Counted from the first letter of the stretch, positions 53,616 through 63,802 are shown. The stretch is 64,000 nucleotides of DNA from Phoronis australis (GCA_002633005.1 NMRA01001035.1:2423-66422); one strand, 5' to 3'. Notes: generated from the letters alone by a model not told the origin. Translations and numbers: made by a program.

Positions 53616-55094
53616 GTAAACTTTTTGGATTACCGGTGGGTTTTTATGCCAATCAACCTAAATCAAAGCCATTGGGTCATTCTAGTTGCGGACATACAGC
53701 AGAAGACGGTAACAGTACTGGACTCTCTTGGAAATCACCACAAAGAGTTGACATCATGGTGGAAGTATATGAAGAGTCATAAACACTGTTGCTACACATG
53801 TGCAAGAATTAGTGTGTCCTCTATCACACCCTGTGTTTGCATAATTGTCCACATAATATTCTTCACCTGTTTATCACACTACAAAAGTGACAAGTGATTT
53901 TAATGATGGAATGGACTTCTTTTTTCACAAAGGCAAAAATTCAATAGACATCATGTGAATATTTTAGGTAATTAATTCATGTCTACCAGTATATGCAAGG
54001 TAATAGGGATTGGGTTGTGTGACACAGTAACAGTTGGGGAATATGATTCGCTGACAATGCCCAAATAGGCCTGCAGTTGTAGGTGATCAGAGTCCGCATT
54101 CAAACTCAAATTTCCAAGAATTCTTCCATGTGGCGCATGTATTAGAAACTCGTCCCAGATTGAAACATGATGCGATACACAGCCAGAGAAAAACATACAA
54201 AACGTCGTTTTCTGTAAGGTCATAATAGATGTAATACTTTATCACAAGTTTCTAATGCTGGTGGAAGTACCTAACAACCCTATATCTGACATCTATGTCC
54301 AATGTGTAGTGCATCTTTTAAACAAACCTCTGGAAATAAAACAATGCTTCAGAAACATATTTAACACCAAAAACATACTCTCTGAACATTAAGGATAGGA
54401 ATGAAAATAGTGTAACATGTTGTTTCAGGAGATTCATGAGAGAAAGAAACACTACAACAAAACATGAGGTGTGGACTGCAGTTCACACAACATCTGTTCA
54501 ACAGAGCGATGGCCACAGCTGTGGACCAATAGTTCTACTGGTAAATTTTAGTGTTGAATGAGCCTGGGGCATGGACAGTTTTTATCAGTTCCTTTATACT
54601 CACGTTCATGTGGCATATAGGTTTAGACATCATCACAAGAACAAATAAGTTGTGGAAAAATAAACCATCTATTGCAAATGTGGACTGAATTTCACGGTTT
54701 TCTTTGATATGTTTAATTTGCCTTTGGTTCAACTGTTCTGCTAAGAAAGTTAATTAAGGAGCAAAAACGTAATACGCCTTGTTTTAAAAAGGTAAACTAT
54801 GATTTCTATTTTCAGAATACATACGCCATTTTAAAGACAGTGCCACTGCAATTGATCAAGCAAGAGCATGTGAAGAATATGCCTAACTTTATTTAAAAAA
54901 ATTTGATAACGAACATGACATCACAAAAGGAAGACAACTTTATATGTGACATGGTTGGGTGTCTAGGACGAGATGGGAAACAGAAGTGGATAATGTGTGA
55001 CGTATGTACGCGCTGGCTGCATATGAAATGTGCCTTACTTGTCAGTGCAACAAACGATTTTACCTGTGCCATTTGTGAAGCACAGTACAAGTGA
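53616..55094 (+). pseudogene. Spliced Ulp1/C48 SUMO-protease plus PHD-finger gene fragment, probably transposon-borne
   Basis: Exons 53616-53764, 54429-54540 and 54816-55094 join in phase with GT-AG. Motifs MPINLNQSHWVIL, LDSL, QQSDGHSCG and a C-terminal PHD-like WIMCDVCTRWLHMKC..FTCAIC. In-frame TAA at 54894-54896. Confidence 0.75.
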
Positions 55095-55733
55095 GTGACA
55101 ATCACAGTACGTTTTGGTATTGAGAACAGTCAGGTGCCTTTGTTCATGTACAATAAATGATTGATTAATTAGCTGAGTGATTGAAACAAGTCATCGTCTC
55201 ATTCCAAGTCAAAAATGTCCTGGCTGTAATACATACCCTTCATTTCACTCTTCGGGTTCAGTCGGTTTTAATACTTAACGCTGGTTGTATCATTGTAAAC
55301 AATACAACATCCAATTATTTTTTTCAATCCAAGTCAGTGCAGATACTGTGAACAACGTTCGAAAGTATTTTTAAGCAAGTTTTCAAAAATTTTGCATTGG
55401 CTATATAGACTACCACACACTTCTTCATCTCCTAGCGTTTCACCTGTGACACCTTTTCCGGTGAAATTCTGCGAGACTTTGATGACGTCACAGGTCTGGA
55501 CGGTTATTTGAAAACATGATTTTTGAACAGTGAAATTCAGGAAAATAATTCCAACATCAAAAATGGGAACAGAAAATGTCTTTTTGAAGAAAAAAGTGAA
55601 TGAACTGATAAATTATTAAAATTGTCTCAGTTTTTATGACGTCACAGCGCGCACTCGGTCCCGCAGCCAAAGACCAGTCCAAGTAAACCTCCCTGGGGCA
55701 CCATCAAGTTATTCACGGGCTATCGGTCTAGTC

Positions 55734-57611
55734 TTGAAAGGTATAAATTGGAATACGGCATTAGCATTCTTAGACGATATTGTGGTATTTGGGAGGACTT
55801 TTGAGGATCATTTGCTTAATTTGAAGTCTGTCTTCGAGAGGTTTAGACAGTATGGGCTCAGATTGAAACCTAAGAAATGTGACCTGCTCAAGGCCAAAAT
55901 TGAATTCTTGGGAAGACAAGTAGATGCTCATACATTGAGTATGACAAAGGAACAGATAGATAGCGTTCAAAAATGGCCTAGGCCAGGGAATCGGAAACAA
56001 GTTCAACAGTTTTTGGGCTTGGCTAACTATCATAGACAGTTTGTACCAAACTTTGCTGAGATAGCTGCACCATTATATGTGATAACGGGGTCAGCAGATT
56101 TTGTTTGGATGGAAGCACAGGAAACTGCTTTTAACCAGTTAAAGGAAGCATTGATATCTCCACCTGTGTTAGGTTTGCCTACTAAGGAGGGGCAATTTAT
56201 ACTGGACACTGATGCAAGTCTGGTTGCTATAGGTGCACAACTTAGTCAGTTACAGGAAGGGGTTGAACGGGTATTGGCTTATGCAAGTTTGAGTTTAAGT
56301 CCAGAACAGCAGAGGTATTGTGCTACTCGACGAGAGCTATTGGCTATTGTAAAATTTGTAAATCAATTTAATGTTTATCTGGCAGGGCGACGTTTTGTTG
56401 TGAGGTCTGACCATAGTAGCCTGAGATGGCTGAAAAATTTCAAAAACCCGAAAGATCAGCTTGCGAGATGGTTGGAAAACTTGTCAGAATATGATTTTGA
56501 ATTGCAATATAGAGCGGGGAAAATGCATACCAATGCTGATGCACTATCAAGAATTCCAGGTGTGGAAATATGTCATGACTTTCAACGAGGGGTACCATTA
56601 GAATCCTTGCCCTGTGGAGGCAGCTCAAAATGCACAAAACATCATCGGGAATGGGCAAAATTCTATAGTACAGTGGATGATGTGGTTCCTTTAGGTGCTA
56701 AGGTGAAAACAACTAGGGAGGATCCAGTGGATATAATCGCATCTAGTTCTTTATGGAACAGCTATAGAGAAGACAGTGATACCCGGGGTATACAAGTAGT
56801 AACTAGGCAACAGGAGAAAGTAGTTTCCGGCGCAAATGGACAGGCGGAAAGGGTGAATAGGTCACTGATGAATGCAGTTCGCTGTTTTGTGGGGGAATTT
56901 CAGTGTGATTGGGATTTGTATGTACCAATGATTGCAGGAGCACTGAGAGCATGTGTGAATCGTTCGACAGGTTTAACGCCTAATATGATGGTGTTGGGTA
57001 GAGAAGTAAATACTCCAGCGGAAGTGGCTTTCAGGTTAAGTCCGGGAGTAAGAGTCTTGGAGCCGAGAAGGTATGCTGATGAGTTGGTGGATAAGATGGC
57101 ACGAGCTCATGAACTTGCTCGGAAAAATTTAGGTACGGCTCAGCTAAGAGCTAAAATTCATTACGACATCATGGTTAATCAGTATGGTTATGCAGAGGGA
57201 GATGTTGTAAGAGTGTTTCGGGATGCTGTACCACAGGGAATGAGTAGGAAACTGTATCCACCATGGTCAGAACCGGCGATAATAGTAGCTAAGATATCGG
57301 ATCGCTTATTTAAGGTAAGGTTTAAGCGATCAGTTGGCACGTATAACCATGATAAGCTGAAGAGATGTAAGGATAGGGTATGTCCTGAGTGGATTCAACG
57401 GTTAAAGGGTGATCCACTGCTATTAGCTGCTGAAAAGGTCAAAGCATTGTCTACGGGGGTACAATTGTATTGTATATGTCATCAACCTGATGATGGTTCT
57501 ACAATGGTACAATGTGATGACTGTAAACAATGGTTTCATGCATTGTGTTTTGGGTTGAACCAAGAGCAGGCTATGGCTCTTCCTGAATTCAAATGTTCAT
57601 TATGTGAATGA
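55734..57611 (+). CDS. Gypsy pol remnant: RT C-terminal half, RNase H, integrase C-terminus and PHD finger
   Basis: FLDDIVVFG, LKPKKC, FLGLANYHRQFV, FILDTDAS, RELLAIV, SDHSSLRWL, NADALSR, NGQAERVNRSL, and YCICHQPDDGSTMVQCDDCKQWFHALC..FKCSLC. The frame extends upstream to about 55692 with no true start. Confidence 0.9.
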   Translation: MKGINWNTALAFLDDIVVFGRTFEDHLLNLKSVFERFRQYGLRLKPKKCDLLKAKIEFLGRQVDAHTLSMTKEQIDSVQKWPRPGNRKQVQQFLGLANYHRQFVPNFAEIAAPLYVITGSADFVWMEAQETAFNQLKEALISPPVLGLPTKEGQFILDTDASLVAIGAQLSQLQEGVERVLAYASLSLSPEQQRYCATRRELLAIVKFVNQFNVYLAGRRFVVRSDHSSLRWLKNFKNPKDQLARWLENLSEYDFELQYRAGKMHTNADALSRIPGVEICHDFQRGVPLESLPCGGSSKCTKHHREWAKFYSTVDDVVPLGAKVKTTREDPVDIIASSSLWNSYREDSDTRGIQVVTRQQEKVVSGANGQAERVNRSLMNAVRCFVGEFQCDWDLYVPMIAGALRACVNRSTGLTPNMMVLGREVNTPAEVAFRLSPGVRVLEPRRYADELVDKMARAHELARKNLGTAQLRAKIHYDIMVNQYGYAEGDVVRVFRDAVPQGMSRKLYPPWSEPAIIVAKISDRLFKVRFKRSVGTYNHDKLKRCKDRVCPEWIQRLKGDPLLLAAEKVKALSTGVQLYCICHQPDDGSTMVQCDDCKQWFHALCFGLNQEQAMALPEFKCSLCE

Positions 57612-57850
57612 TTCACTGTGAGAACGGGATGAATTGGGAAGAGGAATACTACTCTATGAACATATTTAGGTAAACGCCTGGGAAAGGTGTGGCTAAAACT
57701 CTTCGTCTATAAATTCAGCTTTCTCTGATTATTAAGCATGCTTGTTCACCGGATGAGATGTTCTCTATAAATACACGAATAAGCGAACAGCAGAAGACAT
57801 TCCTTTCATCAAAATGACTGTTAAGCTGCTATTCTATTGGTTATTGTAGA

Positions 57851-59803
57851 ATGTCGAATGCACGCAGAGAACAGTTGTGGCGCGGGGTAGCGGACAGCCT
57901 GATGGAGCTGCTCAAGGGTGACGCGGGTGCCTCAGGAAGTCAGAGCGAGGAGACGCCGCGACGGGGAAGGTCGCCCACCCGCCGGAGGAGCAGATCACCC
58001 CGGGAAAGAGGATCTTCCAGGAGATCGATGGAGAGATCGGGCCGAAGGCAACACCGAGGTCGGCGCTGGGAGAAAACCCAGAAGAAGGATCGCAGCCATG
58101 GGGGACCGTCGGGGAGTCACATGAAAGATCCGGCGAGGGGATGTCCTCACTGCCTTCAGGACCCCAGTGACATGGCGAAACATGTCCTGGATTGCCACTT
58201 ACCTTGTGGGATCCTGCTGGGAACGGGACTGGGGGACCAGGAGCAGTCCCGTAAAAGAATGTGGTTCCTCCACGATGTGGCCAAGGTTGTGGATGAAAAG
58301 CCCAAGGAACTGATTATGCGGGTCGAAGGGTGCCCGTTCTTATCTAGCCTGGAGACGCCAATGGAAGAGGAAGTCCAGCTGATATGCCAGCATGTGGGTT
58401 TGGAGAGGCCGAGCAGTATGTCCTTGGGGAATGTAGAGCCTGCCTCTTCTACTGCACCCAGAGGTTTTGGAGGCTCTTCTACGATCATTCACCCGGTCCC
58501 AGCTCATTAGGGTGGCTGGGAGAAGGTGGCCGGCAGGGAAATGCATCCCATACAGGTGGTTGGGAGATTGTTTGGCGGAGCAGCCTATGGAGACATCCTA
58601 CGCTGAGGTAGTTCGGGGGAAGCCGGCGTCAAAGGGTGCGTCGGGGATGAGTTCGGCAGCGAGCTCATCAGGGGTTCGACCCCTTTCCCAAGGGAAGGCT
58701 ACCGGGAGCGGGGAACCGACGGCGGTGTCCAAGGAATCTCGGATTTCTTCAGGGGCCTCTTCGTCGAGTAACTTGTCAGGGACCACGGAGATGGGATCAA
58801 GGGAATCACCTCATCAAAGGTTGATGAAGACCATGCGAAGTTCCCAAGGGGGTGAGTTGAACTTTCCTGATAGTAGGGATGATAGTGGTAAAGTTCTGAA
58901 ATCATCTTTCTTACAGGTGGAACCTCAGGTACCCGTAGAGGTGGAGATGCCCACTTTCACTTAGATAGGGTGATTCAAAGGCATCGGATGTCATCAGAGG
59001 AAAGTGCTCTAGATGTGTATAGGCAGTTAGGGACCCTTTGTGAAGTGAAAGTAAATGTGGAAGTAGTAGGGGGGATAGCTGTATTCTGCGATCCTGAAAG
59101 ATGGGATATGGTTTCCGCTGTTAGGGATTGGGAAGAGTTTCATGTTGCCTTAGGGTTGCATCCAAAGTCGGTAACCATGCAGGTAGTGGAGAAGCAGATG
59201 AATACTTTGTTGGAATTTCTAGCTAATGAGGATTTACCCATTGCGGCATTAGGAGAAATTGGTATTGATCTGACGGGTCCTTACAATGAGGAAGCGCGGG
59301 AACTGGATTGGTTGTTTATGCAGGAGCATTTCTTAAGATCACTCTTGGTAAAATGGGATCGACCACAAATGGGACGGGGTAGACCTGTGGTTTTCCATTA
59401 TCGAAATGCTTCGACCATGACGAAAGATGCTGGGGATATTCTATGGGAAATAGCTAGGGATTGCCTGAATGAAGCTACACCCATTCAATTGCATTCTTTC
59501 CGTGGGGGACCTCAAGTGGTGGAAAGATGGTTAAAGACATTTCATAACACATACTTCTCAGTTTCATGAGTTGGATTAGGTCACATTAGGGGGGACCGAG
59601 CTCGCGGGATACGAGCTATTCCGTCAAAGCGATTGTTGGTGGAAACGGATGCACCTTTTAATCATCCAAGTGGCACGGGAATGCGTCAGTCCCATTCCGT
59701 ATTAATAGGGGAATGGTGCAAGCAAATAGCGGAAGTCCGGGGAGTTAGCATGGGAGAAATTTGCAGACTTTCGCGGGATAATCTAGCGTCCTTTATTCAT
59801 TAA
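57851..59803 (+). pseudogene. Retrotransposon ORF2: RS-rich region, C2H2-like finger, Ser-rich linker and TatD-family DNase; two frameshifts and one stop
   Basis: ATG 57851, RRGRSPTRRRSRSPRER, CPHC..KHVLDCH. TatD frame 58946-59803 has DAHFHLD, GLHPK, LGEIGID, VVFHYR, LHSFRG, YFSVS* and LLVETDAPF. Confidence 0.85.
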
Positions 59804-60437
59804 GAAAGGGAGGAAAAGTAAGAGTAAGGGATGTATGGCATGGGGAGAATCACTGCTAGTAGTATGAAATTTGGATGTTAATGTCTTTATTCAAGTGTTG
59901 TCTCCTTGGCTTTTCCATCAGATTCTGGGAGTCAAAGGGCTCTTTTCCGGTGACTTTATCCATAAGGGTATAATTGGGAAAAGTATGGGTATTTAGTCGT
60001 GATTCTTGTTGTTTGTCCATACATGTGTTACAGGTATGGGATGGCACTCCACAAGAGAATGGGATGCAACATACCTTACATACTCGTACTATGTTTCAGA
60101 ACCAGCCAAGAGGACTCAGTAGAGGGTAACTGGGAAGGGGTGGCTGGGGGAACTTATAGGGGATTTGAATAGGGATGGCTCGGAGTACAATTGGGGAAAA
60201 TTAAACATTGGAACTGCAATTTGGACTATGTTGATATTGGGTACATTAGTCTGACTCTTATATCATGGCTGAGTAAGAGAATCTTTTATGGTATGATTGG
60301 CTAGATTATCTAGGGGAAATGTCATAGGGATAGTCCGGCTGAGGTTAACTTTTAATAAGTTTTAAACAACTGGGTTGGTACAGCAGTTCCGATTAACATT
60401 ACCAGGGAAAGCTCCAAAAAATAGAATGGGGAGGAAA

Positions 60438-61033
60438 TGTAGTGAGCCAGTGCATATGTTACGTGAGGTTTAATTGGATAGTCAGGTTCGCGGGCTTCTC
60501 TGTTAACTTGGCTGCGATTGGAGAATGGATGGAACCTGCTGGGATGGATGATGTAACATGATGTAACGATGACGTCACGACCTCGTGGTTCACTCGTCCT
60601 TCGCACTTGAGACTCGAAAGAGACAAGACGCAATCTAATACGACTCCAACGCAATATAACACGACTCCAACGTATACTTCAGAGACCTGTATTAACCAGT
60701 TAGGTAAGCTGTCTTATAGTTCTAGTGTATATTAGACTAACGTGGTCGGGGAAAGACACAACAAAAGTAGTGTTCATGTAAAGACGTCTTCTTTAGTCCT
60801 CTCTCCACAAGCCATTACAAACATAACCCACGTGTTTTGCGTGGAGTATTTGGAGGTAGCGAAGTTAGATACAAGCTTTCATCAACGTGACATGACGTAC
60901 AGTTGAAGACTGAACCTCAACACGGCCAGACGCGTAAAGTGTGATTGTAGAAGCGAAGCAGAAAATGCTGGTGAGCGCCCTAATGAGCTAGCCTATAAGA
61001 GGCCCGTCTGAACCTAGGTAAGAGTTCACTACA
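60438..61033 (+). repeat. 3' long terminal repeat (596 bp)
   Basis: Starts TGTAGTGAGC directly after the purine tract AAAAAATAGAATGGGGAGGAAA and ends GTTCACTACA (8-bp perfect inverted ends). An alternative end at CATTACA 60819 is possible. No 5' LTR is present to confirm. Confidence 0.65.
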
Positions 61034-61691
61034 CTAATTTAATGTATACTGGGGAACCCAATGTTCGTCCGCCTAAGCATAAAACCGACTTGCTGTTGTA
61101 CTCACCGAATTATTCCACTTCAAAGTTATGATCTGAATAGGATTCGATTTAACTCTCACAGATATACCGCATTCATCGATTCGGAAGTTTTCTTTAATTT
61201 GTGCCGAGTTATTTCAAATGTGCACTGCCTTCGGCAGCCATTTTATTGTGACACCTAAGTTCGTCATATGCTGCCCCCTTTTGTAAAAACTGAGAAACAT
61301 GCAGAAAAAGGCCAACGAAGTAATGAAAATTGCAACAGCCTGTTTTTATTGACATAAACTCGATTTGAAGCTTTGATGTTGAGCTCTGCACTGTGGTTTC
61401 CAATAAAAGCCAATTGGACAACATTTCAATGCAGTTTAATGGTGAATGCGTGAGGCAAAATGTTAAGAACCCAGCGTATCGCATTTGTCTGCGGATTTTT
61501 CCTTTGGCCTTCTAGATCCTACTAGTGCCTGGGAAAAACAGATACATTGCATAAACAAACCCTGGATCATGTTTTGTGTCCCGTCGGAAGAAAATTTAAA
61601 TTCGAAAACATCTTCTGAAAACGCACATAAAAGTGTATTAGTAAAATCTACTGATTTTTAAGTGGTTTTAAAAAACAATCGGTAAACTCAC

Positions 61692-61810
61692 CGATTTTTG
61701 TCTCATTACTTTGATACGTGTTTCTCCCGAGAGGTTAGTACCTAACGTGAAGACGAGCACTCCAAATTGGAACGCTAAGTCCCGCGTGGTTGCGCTGCAC
61801 GCGAAACAAG
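61692..61810. promoter_or_regulatory. Candidate bidirectional promoter with a minus-strand first exon ending at donor 61691
   Basis: CpG-rich patch. Minus-strand donor CG|GTGAGT at 61692/61691, and plus-strand AAGATGGCGG (YY1-like) overlapping ATG 61811. Confidence 0.45.
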
Positions 61811-61876
61811 ATGGCGGACGAACTTTGGAGCCTGACGAAAATAGGTAACCGGACGATATGGCCTAACAACATGCAG
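61811..61876 (+). CDS. Probable first coding exon of an unidentified gene (MADELWSLTKIGNRTIWPNNMQ)
   Basis: Strong-context ATG (AAGATGG), 22 open codons and a consensus donor CAG|GTGAGT. Downstream exons were not identified. Confidence 0.55.
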
Positions 61877-62821
61877 GTGAGTGCTCGACCCTCTCGAGCA
61901 GAGTAAGCTATAACTAAGGGGTGTATAGAAACTAAGTGCGACGTCACCTACCTTAACCTAGAAGTGTTGTTTCGTACCACAGAATTTCTTTAGCGCTGAT
62001 GCCGACATTGAGGTTGTGACCAATATATTGTGACTAGTGCTACGCCAAATCTAATTTCACATGTTCTGTTTTATATTAGGTCTAACTAAAAGATATATTC
62101 GAATAATACGAATATTAAGATATTATTCTGTGGAAAACTCATTGTGTGCTTTCAAAAACATTTCTGAATGTATGAATATTTTTTCTCTGTCCGGTTGCCA
62201 AAATACCTGTTTTTTTAAATACAATGCTTTTCTGCCATAACAACTGACAGGTTAAAAATCGACGATCAAACACCATCGACTTTGACCTAATAATACACGT
62301 AGCGCTACCTTCTGAGAAAAGCCTACGTACTGACCTAACCTGTATAACATGGATGACTTCAAGTTCAATGGATGTGTCTCGTCTGGTGCTGACAAAAACA
62401 TAACAGAGGCGATGGTCATTGCCTAGGCAAGTATGTGATCTGTGTACTGTGAGTTTGTTGCAAAGTCGGTGGAGCGGGAAATCTTGAATGGTATTGGAAG
62501 TGTAACGGGAATCGGTGGAGCGACCAGCACCGATCTACACATAATATGTGACATAGACATAGTGTACCTAATTATAGGACGGAACCTAAATATCGGACAT
62601 TTCATAGAATCTTACTTGAAGCATAATCTGTGAATTGAATGACACCAATTTTTGTTCCGTTGTAATGCATTCAATGTCCGGCACCGTCTCGTTTTTTTAC
62701 AGCGTTGCCTCGTTTTGATTTCACCGAGAGAGGGTGCAATTTAGACCCCCAAGTCGGCCTAAAATGGGCGATCGCATAAATCGGTTATAAAAGTTGAAAA
62801 TAAAATCTTTTTCCACAATGA

Positions 62822-63083
62822 NNNNNNNNNNNNNNNNNNNNNNNNNNNNNNNNNNNNNNNNNNNNNNNNNNNNNNNNNNNNNNNNNNNNNNNNNNNNNNN
62901 NNNNNNNNNNNNNNNNNNNNNNNNNNNNNNNNNNNNNNNNNNNNNNNNNNNNNNNNNNNNNNNNNNNNNNNNNNNNNNNNNNNNNNNNNNNNNNNNNNNN
63001 NNNNNNNNNNNNNNNNNNNNNNNNNNNNNNNNNNNNNNNNNNNNNNNNNNNNNNNNNNNNNNNNNNNNNNNNNNNNNNNNNNN
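62822..63083. other. Assembly gap
   Basis: Run of N. Confidence 0.99.
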
Positions 63084-63802
63084 TTTCACAATCTTAAGTT
63101 ACGCACCATATGATAAAAATGATCATGTGCATTTTTAATTAAACAAAATTAAATTGGACAATACAATTTCAATGAAATTTAAATCAATTTCATTCCTGTC
63201 AAATAATATAAGAATTGAGAGGCGTTGTGTTAGTGACCATCCAAAAAGAGCATACTCGGTATTCTAAACGGTTTTGATGTACTGCAGCCTTGAATAAACA
63301 ATTATTTTAATGCAAAATAATGAAACTGATCACAGCACCACAAGGTAGAAAACATGTAACAAAATTATTTTTGAAGAAAGTAGACTGAATCTATTCTAAA
63401 TTGAATTTTAAAATATTCTGTACTGTTATAATGAAAATATTTCACCAATTTGGGTCACTTTATGTAATTTAGAGAAGTTTTGACTGGTTCTGTTTAATCC
63501 GTTTGACCAATCAAATTTGAGTTCAGTTTTAACCCTGGAAAGGTCAGCACGGTTCTTGAAAAATGACTGAATTTACCTTTTTTGGAAGTATTGCTAAATG
63601 GAAATGGTGAGATGAAGTGAAAAAATTGATGAGGAATGGATTAGGACACGGTAGTAAGTGTTACGTTGAGAGTACATTTGCAGGATTTTCCCAGGTTAAA
63701 ATTGGCAAGGCATTAAATTAAAAAACAACATTTTCACATACTTTTACCAAAAAAGCAACTAAAAATGTACACTTAAGGCAGAATTTTTTATCAGTTTGAC
63801 AT

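Larger units (their letters stand above)
55691..61033 (+). mobile_element. 5'-truncated Ty3/Gypsy LTR retrotransposon: pol(RT-RH-deleted IN-PHD), extra TatD ORF, PPT and 3' LTR
   Basis: Domain order RT-RNase H-IN, a polypurine tract at about 60416-60437, and an LTR bounded by TGTAGTGA...TCACTACA. Confidence 0.85.

Noticed and set aside
55767-55778. FLDD instead of YLDD in the RT active site
   Set aside because: A conservative Y/F variant is tolerated in RTs and is not informative from one copy.
59567-59569. TGA in TatD as selenocysteine or programmed readthrough
   Set aside because: The position corresponds to the Gly of the TatD (F)SxSG motif, so GGA>TGA decay is simpler. The ORF also has frameshifts and no SECIS was recognised.
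58946-59803. TatD as bacterial contamination
   Set aside because: It is contiguous with Gypsy pol and the PPT/LTR, fused to an RS-rich/Zn-finger N-terminus, and has no operon context.
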